Source: a virus
Taxonomy: Duplodnaviria; Caudoviricetes
Strand: one strand, 5' to 3'
DNA: 64,000 nt
Virus record (IMG/VR): IMGVR_UViG_3300042317_000620
Coordinates: 1-64,000 of that record
In this document: in pieces, positions 17,385-26,816 of the stretch
How positions within the stretch are numbered: position 1 is the stretch's first letter
Layout of the letters: the number at the start of each line of letters is the position of its first letter
Notes under the pieces: generated by a model
Database searches by the model: none
Seen by the model: the letters and a program-made list of their open reading frames with translations, nothing else
What the model was told of the DNA's origin: nothing
Made by a program: the position numbers and the translations under genes

Positions 17385-18744
17385 TTTTATTCCTATTATA
17401 TAAATAATAATTTAAATCTTCTGGAGTTCCAACTCCCCACATTTCTTCAACTAATAAAGCATAAATCTTTTTTTCATCCTGAATTGCTTCATTAAATATT
17501 GGACAAACATAAAATTCATTGTTTGTGCGAATATTTTTATCAATCATTTGGTTTGCATATTTTACAAAGTCTGAGCCATGTTTCCAGTAATATATTCCTA
17601 CCGTTGCATTATCACTTATAGGTTTTTTTTCAGCAACTTCTGAAACTAATCCGTCATCATTTGTTTTTGCATAAGACCATTTTGGATGTGAAGATTTAAA
17701 TATTGCTATTGCTCCATCAGCATTTTTAGTATATAAATCATATAAAAAATTTTTACTATTCCATTTTATTATTTGATCAGAATTGGCAATAATTAACGGA
17801 TTGTCATTATTAATATAATCTTTTGCCAATAAACATGTTATTGCTGCACCTTCTGTAATCTCAGAAATTTGTATAATATTACAATTAGGCGTTATAGCAT
17901 TTAATAAATATTCTAAATTGTATTTTTCAAAATGTTCTTGCTGAACTATATACGTATATGTTGCATTAATGCCTAAACTTTTTACAACTGCCTGAATCAT
18001 TGGCATACCACCAATATCAACTAATGGCTTAGGAAAAGCATATCCAGCATCCAAAAATCTACTTCCTGCTCCAGCCATCGGAATAAGTATATTAAGACTG
18101 TAGTCTGTCCAAACATCATTATTGTTACTTAAATATTCAATTGCTTGATTAATTTTTTCTAAAGATAGGTCTAATCTATTGGTAACTTGAATAAGTTTTG
18201 AGTTACTATCAGTTGCAGCAAGTTTACCCACAAAACTATCTTCAAAAATTACTGTGTTTTGTGGTAAGGTTCCAAAATATGACATTGCCTTCCAATACAT
18301 TTCTGGATGTGGTTTGCAAAACTGAACATCTTCATTAGAAATAATGTAGTCTACTAAACTTATTATTCCTAAAGATGTTAAGCATTGATCAACGGTTGCT
18401 CTTATACTATTGCTTGCAACTGCAATTTTTATTCCTTGTTTTTTGATATGTTGAAAAAAATAAAATAATTCTGTATCTAGACTTAAATTTTTAAAATAAA
18501 GGCTAGTGGCAAACTGTTTGTCTTTCCATATTTGATCATAGTATTTTTCTTCTAAACCCTTATACTTAGATAATAATTTTAATTTTTCTTTTGTTGGCAA
18601 CCCTTCATATATTTGTTCTTGCTCTTTATTAGAAATAACATATTCACTATTAACATTTTTTAATGCATGGTTTAAAGATGAAAAATGTATAGTTTTGCTA
18701 TCAACCAATACTCCATCTAAATCAAAAACAATCAATTTATTCAT
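17377..18744 (-). CDS. HAD phosphatase fused to a sugar-nucleotidyltransferase domain
   Basis: N-terminal FDLDGVLVDS...KPHPE...FEDS; C-terminal IPMAGAGSRF..PKPL...EGAA...NSD...AEKKPIS...EFYV...GTPEDL. Confidence 0.88.
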   Translation of the reverse strand: MNKLIVFDLDGVLVDSKTIHFSSLNHALKNVNSEYVISNKEQEQIYEGLPTKEKLKLLSKYKGLEEKYYDQIWKDKQFATSLYFKNLSLDTELFYFFQHIKKQGIKIAVASNSIRATVDQCLTSLGIISLVDYIISNEDVQFCKPHPEMYWKAMSYFGTLPQNTVIFEDSFVGKLAATDSNSKLIQVTNRLDLSLEKINQAIEYLSNNNDVWTDYSLNILIPMAGAGSRFLDAGYAFPKPLVDIGGMPMIQAVVKSLGINATYTYIVQQEHFEKYNLEYLLNAITPNCNIIQISEITEGAAITCLLAKDYINNDNPLIIANSDQIIKWNSKNFLYDLYTKNADGAIAIFKSSHPKWSYAKTNDDGLVSEVAEKKPISDNATVGIYYWKHGSDFVKYANQMIDKNIRTNNEFYVCPIFNEAIQDEKKIYALLVEEMWGVGTPEDLNYYLYNRNKND

Positions 18745-19777
18745 GATAAACCCTTTTAAAAAATTGATTAATCCATTCATTATTTTTTAATAATTCTACT
18801 AAATCTGACCCATTTGATTTATAAAGATTTTTTATTGAAATATGCGTATGACCTTTAACCCATGAAAAGTCTCTATAAAAACTGTGTAAAGATAATTCAT
18901 GTGTAACTGTTAATGTGTTTGGGTTAAATGGATTTCCACCTATAGGGGTATATAATTCTATTACATTTCCCTCATCTTGCATCATTAACATATTAATGAG
19001 CCCACTGCCAGTAAGCCCTATTAAAGTTTTTACAGAATTAAAATATTCAATTTGTTCTTCAAAAGTTTTAAAGTTTTCTGCTGCAACAATCTCACATCCA
19101 AAATTTTGAAAAAAGTCAACTAAACTCTCTTCGCCTTCAGTTCTAGCATTTGCAACCCAGTTTGCTGAGTTAGAAACTGCTGACCTACTTAAATAAACTG
19201 TTTTATTTGAAATAATTGTTTTATCTTTGGGTAAGTATTTTTTAAAAAGTTTTGATAGAACTGCTAATTGTTGTTCTTGCATCATTTGCGGATTCCATAG
19301 AGCATAATTATTAATTTGAAGTATTAAGTCTTTATTAGGATATGCTTCATCACTTTGAACTTGTTTATTATTACTTTCTATAGATCTACTTCTAATAAAA
19401 ATATAATTAATTTCTAAATCAGTTAATACTTTAAGAAAAAATGTAAAATAGGTTGGACCATCTCCATCAAACCAAGACGGGGGTATGTCTGATGTTTCTA
19501 AGACAAAACTAAACTTTCTTCTTTGTTTTTTATAATATGCATCCATAATAATTATTAAAGAAAGATTATCTATAAAAAGATGAAACATGCGTGGATGTAA
19601 GGCAAAAAGTATTTTAAAATCATCATCAATTATTTTTATAATATTCTTTTTATTAACAACTTCTTCTTTATTTAAAGTTCTAAAAGATTGAAATGGTTTT
19701 CTATACTCTAAATATCCTTCTTCTGGATTCAATAGAAGTAAACGGTACATTCCTATTTGATTAATTGATAGTGCCAT
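18737..19777 (-). CDS. GT61 (DUF563)-like glycosyltransferase
   Basis: FH, VYLSR, TFEEQIEYFNSVKTLIGLTGSGLINMLMM, VIEL. Confidence 0.75.
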   Translation of the reverse strand: MALSINQIGMYRLLLLNPEEGYLEYRKPFQSFRTLNKEEVVNKKNIIKIIDDDFKILFALHPRMFHLFIDNLSLIIIMDAYYKKQRRKFSFVLETSDIPPSWFDGDGPTYFTFFLKVLTDLEINYIFIRSRSIESNNKQVQSDEAYPNKDLILQINNYALWNPQMMQEQQLAVLSKLFKKYLPKDKTIISNKTVYLSRSAVSNSANWVANARTEGEESLVDFFQNFGCEIVAAENFKTFEEQIEYFNSVKTLIGLTGSGLINMLMMQDEGNVIELYTPIGGNPFNPNTLTVTHELSLHSFYRDFSWVKGHTHISIKNLYKSNGSDLVELLKNNEWINQFFKRVYHE

Positions 19778-19795
19778 TTTTCCTCCAAACTAATT

Positions 19796-20080
19796 TTACC
19801 CCTCAATTGTTAAATTTTCCCAAATTTCAGCCCATCTAGGCTTCGTCTTATGGTTGTTAAACTCTCTAGAAATGTTTCCCTTGTCTAAGTATACTCCGCC
19901 CCATACTCCATACTCTTTTTCAGATATACCGACAGCAAAGCAGGTTCTTGCTACAGGGCATGCCATACAAACATTGTCTACTCCATGCCTAATGTTTGGA
20001 TTATCTTCATATTTATCAAAGAATAAATTTGTATCATAGTCAAGACAAGCAGCATCTTCTTTCCATAAATGCTTATTCAT
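19796..20080 (-). CDS. whiB: WhiB-family Fe-S transcriptional regulator
   Basis: W..AAC...LFF...VCMACPVARTC...YGVWGG; four Cys plus GVWGG turn. Confidence 0.92.
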   Translation of the reverse strand: MNKHLWKEDAACLDYDTNLFFDKYEDNPNIRHGVDNVCMACPVARTCFAVGISEKEYGVWGGVYLDKGNISREFNNHKTKPRWAEIWENLTIEG

Positions 20081-20292
20081 TATGACTCCAAGTGTTTTTG
20101 GCTTATCTTCCACCCGTTTTGACCTGGAGCATAAACTGTTTTAACATACCAATTGCCATCAACAAATGCACCATTTGTTTGGTATATTGCTGTTTTAGAC
20201 TTTGATAGATGAATTACATTCCACCCATCCCACCTTAAACTTGAATTAGCAGAAACGATTTTTTCCATTTGATCTAATGCTGTGATATTCAT
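20080..20292 (-). CDS. Hypothetical protein
   Basis: 70-aa ORF in operon, TAATG overlap. Confidence 0.7.
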   Translation of the reverse strand: MNITALDQMEKIVSANSSLRWDGWNVIHLSKSKTAIYQTNGAFVDGNWYVKTVYAPGQNGWKISQKHLES

Positions 20293-20299
20293 GATTTCC

Positions 20300-20650
20300 T
20301 TAGTATGAGAACACGTTTAATTCAACATTGTTAGATTGTGCAAGTGAAGCCAACTTCGATATATATTGATTAGGCTTACTAAAATACGCAAAATAATTAA
20401 TGTCGTTTATATTTTCTTCAATCCATTGAGGATTTGCTTTATAGAACTTTACCCTAATGCCTCTTGCCTTTAGTCCTTTTTCAGAAACATTGCAAAACTC
20501 AGAAACAAAAGAATGAACTTGTTGTGGACCAACTGAATAGACTATGTACTCTTCATTATCTTGTTTGATAGATGAAAGAGCAATTCCCATAGCACGAAGA
20601 AATACCTGGTAGTCATTGAACTCATTTGTCCCCTGCACCACGACCTTCAT
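20300..20650 (-). CDS. Hypothetical protein, possibly SLOG/YspA-like
   Basis: MKVVVQGTNEFNDYQVF resembles the SLOG N-terminus. Confidence 0.6.
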   Translation of the reverse strand: MKVVVQGTNEFNDYQVFLRAMGIALSSIKQDNEEYIVYSVGPQQVHSFVSEFCNVSEKGLKARGIRVKFYKANPQWIEENINDINYFAYFSKPNQYISKLASLAQSNNVELNVFSY

Positions 20651-21032
20651 TCTTACTCCTATCAGTTAGTTTATCTAGTATATTAAGCATTTTTTTTAAT
20701 TCTTCTTTTGACATACCTTCTGTATTTACAGGAGATGTTGTTGATCGATCCACATTACCATCTTCAACATCGGCTTTATAAAAAATATTTTTATGAACCC
20801 AGTATGCATAATCTTCAGTTATTAAAACATCTATAATACTTTCTCTATTACGTTTTCTTGACTGAGTATCTTTTACATCAATTGGAACCAAGTCTGGCAA
20901 AAATGGACCAATAATCTGATGTATACTACTTTGTCGATATTTAATTTTAGACCTTTTTTCTTTAGGCTTTCTTATATAAATTATAGCAAGAATAGCGACC
21001 GTTGTCAAGAACGATACAAGAAAATCATTCAT
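20622..21032 (-). CDS. Membrane-anchored hypothetical protein
   Basis: N-terminal TM segment; TGcTACAAT 6 nt before the ATG. Confidence 0.7.
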   Translation of the reverse strand: MNDFLVSFLTTVAILAIIYIRKPKEKRSKIKYRQSSIHQIIGPFLPDLVPIDVKDTQSRKRNRESIIDVLITEDYAYWVHKNIFYKADVEDGNVDRSTTSPVNTEGMSKEELKKMLNILDKLTDRSKNEGRGAGDK

Positions 21033-21051
21033 GTATCTATTGTAGCACTAC

Positions 21052-21390
21052 TTATCTTTTTTCATGGTAAACACGTTTAAGTTCTTTTAAAAAGTTTTGT
21101 AGTGTTTCATTTAAGTCATTAATTTCATTTTTATCAAATGCTTTTTTTGTTAACTTTACCGTTGGACTTTGTTCAAATAAATCCATGTCAACAAAACCCT
21201 TTTCCCATAATGCCATAACCTCTGTATTCAACATTGACATGTGCATTTTATAAAGATCAGGGTCAACATCTTCTAGTTTTTCTGTAAAACGATAAAGTGG
21301 TTCGCCATCTTCGGCAAATCCTTCAAATGAAACAGCACCTTTATCAATTAAATTAATTAGTGCAAATTCTGCAGCCTCGTCTGGTGTCAT
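21052..21390 (-). CDS. Hypothetical protein
   Basis: 112-aa ORF in operon. Confidence 0.7.
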   Translation of the reverse strand: MTPDEAAEFALINLIDKGAVSFEGFAEDGEPLYRFTEKLEDVDPDLYKMHMSMLNTEVMALWEKGFVDMDLFEQSPTVKLTKKAFDKNEINDLNETLQNFLKELKRVYHEKR

Positions 21391-21647
21391 TAATGTGACT
21401 CTCCTTTGCTGCGATTTTCGATAAGTCTTTCTCTTTCATCAAGTACTGAATATGCATAAGCCATCATCTTTCTGGATCCTTCAATGTCATTCATGATTTT
21501 CCCATAATGATGTCCACAAAACATTAACTCTCCATTAACGCCAGTTACAGATACATAAGCCTGTGAAGAACAACCATCGCATCTATCTTGTGCAGTCAAC
21601 AGCCATTTACGCTCTTCTACTTTTTCTTCAGTGCCCATCTTAAACAT
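21390..21647 (-). CDS. Small zinc-finger protein of actinobacterial type
   Basis: LTAQDRCDGCSSQAYV...ELMFCGHH; start uncertain (21647 or 21638). Confidence 0.7.
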   Translation of the reverse strand: MFKMGTEEKVEERKWLLTAQDRCDGCSSQAYVSVTGVNGELMFCGHHYGKIMNDIEGSRKMMAYAYSVLDERERLIENRSKGESH

Positions 21648-21648
21648 A

Positions 21649-21834
21649 TTATACCCTCTTATTGTCGGTGGAATAAAAACCCTTACCATTAAATTGTACA
21701 CCAAAAGGAGTATATTGTCTAGTCAGAACCACACCACATTTTTCACAGTTGTACTGTGGCTCTGACTCTACTATTGACCTAGTTTTAATTATTTCTGTAT
21801 CACATTCAAGACACTTGTAAACATAGTCTGGCAT
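21649..21834 (-). CDS. FmdB-family zinc-ribbon protein
   Basis: MPDYVYKCLECD...CEKCG...GVQFNGKGFYSTD. Confidence 0.85.
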   Translation of the reverse strand: MPDYVYKCLECDTEIIKTRSIVESEPQYNCEKCGVVLTRQYTPFGVQFNGKGFYSTDNKRV

Positions 21835-22034
21835 TATTGTATTTTCTTGCTAAACCTTGCCCACACACGTTCGTGAATGTAGTATGCACAGAATTCCCAA
21901 GCAATATACACAAGAGATCCTAAACTGGCATATTCCCATTCACGAGTAAATGCGTAAATAAGACCATATACAAAACCAATATGGACAAACTGCCAACTAA
22001 TTGTTTTTAACAAACTTCTCTTACTTGATTCCAT
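21834..22034 (-). CDS. DUF2061-like small membrane protein
   Basis: ESSKRSLLKTISW...YYIHERVWAR. Confidence 0.75.
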   Translation of the reverse strand: MESSKRSLLKTISWQFVHIGFVYGLIYAFTREWEYASLGSLVYIAWEFCAYYIHERVWARFSKKIQ

Positions 22035-22631
22035 TTATTTTGCTGCCTTCTTCGCTGCCTTTTTTACAGGCTTTGCTGCTGGCTTTGCAAGTTTTACCTC
22101 TAATGGCTGTCCTTCTTCACCTTTATAAACTGGACGACCCCAGGCAACAACTCCATTGATTAACTTTTTGCCATTGTTCTTAACGTATGCACGAGTTTTT
22201 TCTACGCACATTCCGCCGTTTCTTTGGTCTCCCTTTGCAGTTCCTGAAGTGTTTCCTTCAATAACTTGGATGGTTCCATCTCCATTATTCTTAATGCAAA
22301 TTCCAACATGTGAAATACGATTTACACCATCTTCTGGGAAATCAAAATAAATCCAGTCTCCTGGAGTTGGATCATCATTACGAGCATCTGACCAGCGATT
22401 ATTTTTCTTAAACCAATCTGATGCTGCTACTGTTGATGCTGACTTTGGATACTTCTTTGGATCTAGCCCAGAAGTAAATGCACACCAAGAAACAAATGAT
22501 TGGCACCATGGCTGAAAATTCATACCAGTCCATTTTCCGTACTTTGTTTCATTATCTTTTGGACCCTCAATAGTTCCAATTTCTTTCTTAGCGATCTCAA
22601 TGATTGCCTCTACTGTACCTTTTTCTGCCAT
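22035..22631 (-). CDS. CHAP-domain endolysin with Lys/Ala-rich tail
   Basis: PWCQSFVSW, PGDWIYF, SHVGI, IEGNT; tail KPAAKPVKKAAKKAAK. Confidence 0.85.
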   Translation of the reverse strand: MAEKGTVEAIIEIAKKEIGTIEGPKDNETKYGKWTGMNFQPWCQSFVSWCAFTSGLDPKKYPKSASTVAASDWFKKNNRWSDARNDDPTPGDWIYFDFPEDGVNRISHVGICIKNNGDGTIQVIEGNTSGTAKGDQRNGGMCVEKTRAYVKNNGKKLINGVVAWGRPVYKGEEGQPLEVKLAKPAAKPVKKAAKKAAK

Positions 22632-22643
22632 TTTATTCTCCTT

Positions 22644-24068
22644 TTATTTGCAAATAGGAAAGTTATATGCTTTTTCCCATTCAATTATATCATGTTCGTC
22701 ATTAAGCAACGGTTGTCCCTTAATGTTTAAACTTGTATTTAATAATACTGGAACCCCAGTTTCTAAATAAAACTTATTAAGAACTCTATATAACCCTGGA
22801 TGTTGCTTTTCATTAACAGTTTGAACCCTGGATGTTCCATCAACATGTACTACAGATGGGATTTCTTTTGATTTTTTACATTTAACTGCATACTGCATAT
22901 ATGGAATAGATTTTGTTGGCATATCAAACCATTTATCTGCTAGATGTTCTAGTACGACTGGAGCAAATGGTCTAAACTCTTGCCTTTGTTTTATTTTATT
23001 TACCCTGTTTTTAATATCAGGATCTCTTGGGTCTGCCAAGATACTTCTATTTCCAAATGCTCTTGGTCCATATTCTGCTCTTCCATTTGCTACTGCAACT
23101 ATTTTATCTTTTTTTAATCCATCAAGTATGTCTTGTACTGGATACTTATCTCCAATTTTATGACCTAAATAAGGTCCTTGCCAATCAAGATGTTTACCAT
23201 ATAACGCTGCTGCTGCCCCCAAAGACGAACCAGCATCTCCAGGATTAGGCATAATCCAAACATCTTCAAATATATCCCATAATTTTGTATTAGCAGAACA
23301 GTTTAATGCACAACCACCCATAAAAACTAATTTGGTTTTTTTTGTTTTTTGTTTTGCATATCTCATAAATTCCATAAGCCTATTTTCATAAACTTTTTGA
23401 ACTGCTGCTGCAATATCAAATTTATCTTGTTCTAAAATTATATTTCGCCAATCATGTATTCCTTTATGAAGGTTATACTTTTGTCTATTAAACACAGGGA
23501 AATATTCATCCACTTCTTTTAAATATTTTGATGGATCGCCATAACCAGCCATGCCCATAAAAATATACTCTTCCTCATTGGGCTTTAATCCGACAAGTTT
23601 TGTAAATGCTGAATAAAATAATCCAAAACTTATTGGATAATTAATTGATTCAATATGATTTATTTTATTTCCTTCACCAGTCCAAATTGTAGACGTGTTC
23701 CACTCACCAATAGCATCAACAACAACTATCAATGCATTATCAAACTTGCTTGTATAGTATCCTGCTGATGCATGTGAATAATGATGTTTAAAGTTTACCC
23801 TTGGTACTTCCAAAAGATCAAATTTAGGTTTCCAATCTGATGACCCACCGAACAACAACCTAGATTTTTTTAAATATGGTTTTTCATAATATGCGATCTT
23901 ATCTGGTTTACCATAGTTAAATGCATCATTAATTAGTTGTTGATTAACATACCAATCATTTTTAACCTTACTATATCTTTCTGCATGCCCTGCAAAAAGT
24001 ATTTCTCCATCTTTAATTAAAGATACAGATGCATCATGAGAGGTTTCATTAATACCTAAAATTATCAT
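22644..24068 (-). CDS. Carbamoyltransferase, NodU/CmcH/TobZ family
   Basis: ILGIN..HDAS, HHYSHA, DAIGE, GGCALNC, GDAG, EYGPRAFGNRSILADP, RPFAP, HVDGTSRVQTV, LNTSLN. Confidence 0.95.
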   Translation of the reverse strand: MIILGINETSHDASVSLIKDGEILFAGHAERYSKVKNDWYVNQQLINDAFNYGKPDKIAYYEKPYLKKSRLLFGGSSDWKPKFDLLEVPRVNFKHHYSHASAGYYTSKFDNALIVVVDAIGEWNTSTIWTGEGNKINHIESINYPISFGLFYSAFTKLVGLKPNEEEYIFMGMAGYGDPSKYLKEVDEYFPVFNRQKYNLHKGIHDWRNIILEQDKFDIAAAVQKVYENRLMEFMRYAKQKTKKTKLVFMGGCALNCSANTKLWDIFEDVWIMPNPGDAGSSLGAAAALYGKHLDWQGPYLGHKIGDKYPVQDILDGLKKDKIVAVANGRAEYGPRAFGNRSILADPRDPDIKNRVNKIKQRQEFRPFAPVVLEHLADKWFDMPTKSIPYMQYAVKCKKSKEIPSVVHVDGTSRVQTVNEKQHPGLYRVLNKFYLETGVPVLLNTSLNIKGQPLLNDEHDIIEWEKAYNFPICK

Positions 24069-24712
24069 TATTCTTCTCCAGTTGAGTCATATTTTCTATG
24101 ACTAGGGACATTGTGGTACCAATTTGGCAAAGAATACTTTATACCACTAGTAATTTCTTGAACTTCATGCACATATAAAAAATTGGATGGAAAAAATAAA
24201 ATGCTGCCAGCCTCTGGCTTTAACGAAATATTTGAATGTTTAAAGACAATATTTCCACCTTCATAGTCATCATTTAAATACATAAGAACAGATAGTGTTC
24301 TTGTGCTGACTCCATGATCTTGGTGTGGTGGCAAATGACCACTTTTTTCATATTTTAATAAATGCATACTATCATCTCTAGACTTTATATTTAAAAATGG
24401 ATATATTTCTTTATATTCCAATAAGTATTTATCTAAAGGATTAAAAAGTTTGTTAGATAAATCCAAAAGTTCTTTGTAATAATAATCATTTTTATCAATG
24501 AAGTCTGGTGGTAAAAAAAACTTTTGCCAGCAAAAATGTATATCTCCATAGGACCAAGAAGACCAATCATCTACTAAAGTGTTTTTATTGTTATGCTCAT
24601 TATCTAAAAATCTTTTGTTTAAACTTTCTACATCTTTTATAATTTGTTCTGGACTAGTGATTGCATTTTTAAAATAAACCAGTCCTAAATCTAAAATCTC
24701 TGCCATAATCAA
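24068..24712 (-). CDS. 2OG-Fe(II) oxygenase, prolyl-4-hydroxylase-like
   Basis: HQD, YLNDDYEGGNIVF, FFPSNFLYVHEV..ITSGIKYS. Confidence 0.9.
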   Translation of the reverse strand: MIMAEILDLGLVYFKNAITSPEQIIKDVESLNKRFLDNEHNNKNTLVDDWSSWSYGDIHFCWQKFFLPPDFIDKNDYYYKELLDLSNKLFNPLDKYLLEYKEIYPFLNIKSRDDSMHLLKYEKSGHLPPHQDHGVSTRTLSVLMYLNDDYEGGNIVFKHSNISLKPEAGSILFFPSNFLYVHEVQEITSGIKYSLPNWYHNVPSHRKYDSTGEE

Positions 24713-25269
24713 ACCAAAAATTCTGGATCTGCATGATCCTTAAAAGATGTATGCATATATAATAATGTATGTCTGTTTCCTGATATAACTTCTGATATTC
24801 CATGAATATATTCTGTCCCAGCGCTTGGGAAAAATACTGCTGAATATTTTTTAGGTTGGTACTGAAAATTTTGTCTTGGAAAAAAAATTTTACCTCCAAC
24901 AAACTCATCATTTAGATATATTACAGTGCTCCATTCAATCCACGGTTCTGGATCTTGTGCGTCTGCATGAACCCCACCAGACATTCCAGATGTCCACCAA
25001 GAACCAAACGCTTTAAATGTATATATTGGATCATGAAATCCATTAATTTCTTTTTGAACACTGTTAGACTTATCAGAATATTTTTTTAAAATAGACTGAA
25101 CATTTTCATTATATGGAAATGCAGTTCCTCCAAATCTTTCTTTATAGTATTCTGGATATGGATTTTGTGAAGAAGGGCTCTTCATTTCAGAAATTAAAAT
25201 ATCAGCATCTTGTTCTTCTATAAAATTATCTTTAATAATTATCCTGTGTTTTGTAGAAAAATCTGTCAT
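24709..25269 (-). CDS. 2OG-Fe(II) oxygenase, prolyl-4-hydroxylase-like
   Basis: HAD, YLNDEFVGGKIFF, FFPS..YIHGI..VISGNRHT. Confidence 0.9.
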   Translation of the reverse strand: MTDFSTKHRIIIKDNFIEEQDADILISEMKSPSSQNPYPEYYKERFGGTAFPYNENVQSILKKYSDKSNSVQKEINGFHDPIYTFKAFGSWWTSGMSGGVHADAQDPEPWIEWSTVIYLNDEFVGGKIFFPRQNFQYQPKKYSAVFFPSAGTEYIHGISEVISGNRHTLLYMHTSFKDHADPEFLV

Positions 25270-25281
25270 GATTATAGTATA

Positions 25282-26094
25282 TCAGTTAATTGCCTGAACG
25301 GAAGTATAAAATTTTTCTCCGCCAACAAGATTATAAATAGATTTATTTGTATCATACATAACATCGTTTTGCTCAAACGGAAGTGACAATAGATTATCTA
25401 TAGATATATTATTATATTTAATAAAGTTATTGCTTTCTGAAATAATTGTTTTTAAATAATCATATCCATGATTTAAAGAAAATGGAACATATGGATGTGT
25501 ATTGAGATCTTGTGTATTATCAATATAAAAATCATTACTTAAAGAATATATGCTAATATTTTTGTTAAAGGCATTACATGAAAAATCTTCTTCGTCTCCA
25601 TTATATTTCATAATATTAGAAAATCCAATCTGTTTTAATATTTTTGTTTTAGAAAAAATAAAATTTCTATCTATTAATCCAATTTTATTATTTTTTAATG
25701 ATTGTGTTTTTTCTTTTATTATTTTAAACCTATCAATTAAAATTTTTGGAATATAGTTTGATGATAAAATAGAGTCTGGAAAAACAGATTCTTGTTTCAT
25801 TAAATCAACATCCCAGTTTTTATTTAATAAAACACCATCTCCTATATATAAAAAAAATAATTCTTGACACGATTTTAACACTTCGTTTTTATATAAATTT
25901 GGACTTTTAACACTATCCCAAAAAATATGTTTATAAAAACAACCACCAAATCTATCTTTACGATTTAAAGGATGTTGATCAAAAATATAAACATTAACCA
26001 TATTTAAATTAGATTTATTTTTAATTAATGTATTTACAGTTTCTTGTAAAGTTTTTGACTTATAGCCATAAATACATACAGCAATAGAACTCAT
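25282..26094 (-). CDS. GT-A glycosyltransferase, GT60 (Skp1 GlcNAc-transferase)-like, degenerate
   Basis: FFLYIGDGVLLNKNWDVDL..ILSSNY and YNGDEEDFS..AF..ISIYS echo GT60 motifs; the canonical DSH is not present. Confidence 0.45.
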   Translation of the reverse strand: MSSIAVCIYGYKSKTLQETVNTLIKNKSNLNMVNVYIFDQHPLNRKDRFGGCFYKHIFWDSVKSPNLYKNEVLKSCQELFFLYIGDGVLLNKNWDVDLMKQESVFPDSILSSNYIPKILIDRFKIIKEKTQSLKNNKIGLIDRNFIFSKTKILKQIGFSNIMKYNGDEEDFSCNAFNKNISIYSLSNDFYIDNTQDLNTHPYVPFSLNHGYDYLKTIISESNNFIKYNNISIDNLLSLPFEQNDVMYDTNKSIYNLVGGEKFYTSVQAIN

Positions 26095-26816
26095 TGCTTA
26101 TCATACTCTTTTTTTTGCCATACATTTTTTTTATAATATCCATAGACACGAGATCTTCTTTTTTCTGCATCAAAATCGTGTTGCTCATATGTAGATTCAG
26201 AATTATCTATCTCAAGATTCCAAGAATTTCTTTTAATTGGAACCAACTGCATTATTGGAGTTCCTTTTGGTATTACGCCTTCAAATCCAGTTTTTAAGAA
26301 AAATGCAATAAAAACTGGGAGTCCCCATATATCTGAATCAACTATTCCAGACATAGTGGTAAATGGTAAATCAAACCTATTCATAGGATGAGTCATAAGC
26401 AAAGAATAATTTTCTGGTGTTTTATAATAAAAATTCATTCTCCATCCAAAATGCAGTGGATGATGTTTGTATGGAACAGCAACTTCTATCGTAGGCCTCT
26501 TATCAATTAAAAGACCTCCACTTTTCCATGACATTGTTGGAAATCCTTCTTCATCTAATTTTACAATTAAGTCATCATTTAGTAATGCCATATATCCTGA
26601 TGTAATGGCATCATAGAATGGCAAACACATTTTTGTTGCAACCAGCGCACCGTCAGCCCCATGCTGGTTTACTGGATTTAAATTTTTTTGATCATTAGTA
26701 TCTCCATGCTTTGCTAATGATTTATACCATTCTGGAACAAATTTTACTGCAGGCTCAGGCATTAGATCATTACTATTAATATTTGATGGAGTTATAATAA
26801 TTTTTTTATCACTCAT
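26091..26816 (-). CDS. Phage protein, DUF6065-like
   Basis: PEWYK, KMCLPFYDAITSGY, KTPENYSLL, GIVDSD, IPKGTPIMQLVP. Confidence 0.65.
   Translation of the reverse strand: MSDKKIIITPSNINSNDLMPEPAVKFVPEWYKSLAKHGDTNDQKNLNPVNQHGADGALVATKMCLPFYDAITSGYMALLNDDLIVKLDEEGFPTMSWKSGGLLIDKRPTIEVAVPYKHHPLHFGWRMNFYYKTPENYSLLMTHPMNRFDLPFTTMSGIVDSDIWGLPVFIAFFLKTGFEGVIPKGTPIMQLVPIKRNSWNLEIDNSESTYEQHDFDAEKRRSRVYGYYKKNVWQKKEYDKQ

Noticed and set aside
22644-25269. Carbamoyl-5hmC DNA hypermodification locus
   Set aside because: No dCMP hydroxymethylase, cytosine methylase or TET/JBP-like gene is recognisable in the window, and the oxygenases look P4H-like. Not excluded for the rest of the genome, so kept only as an alternative.
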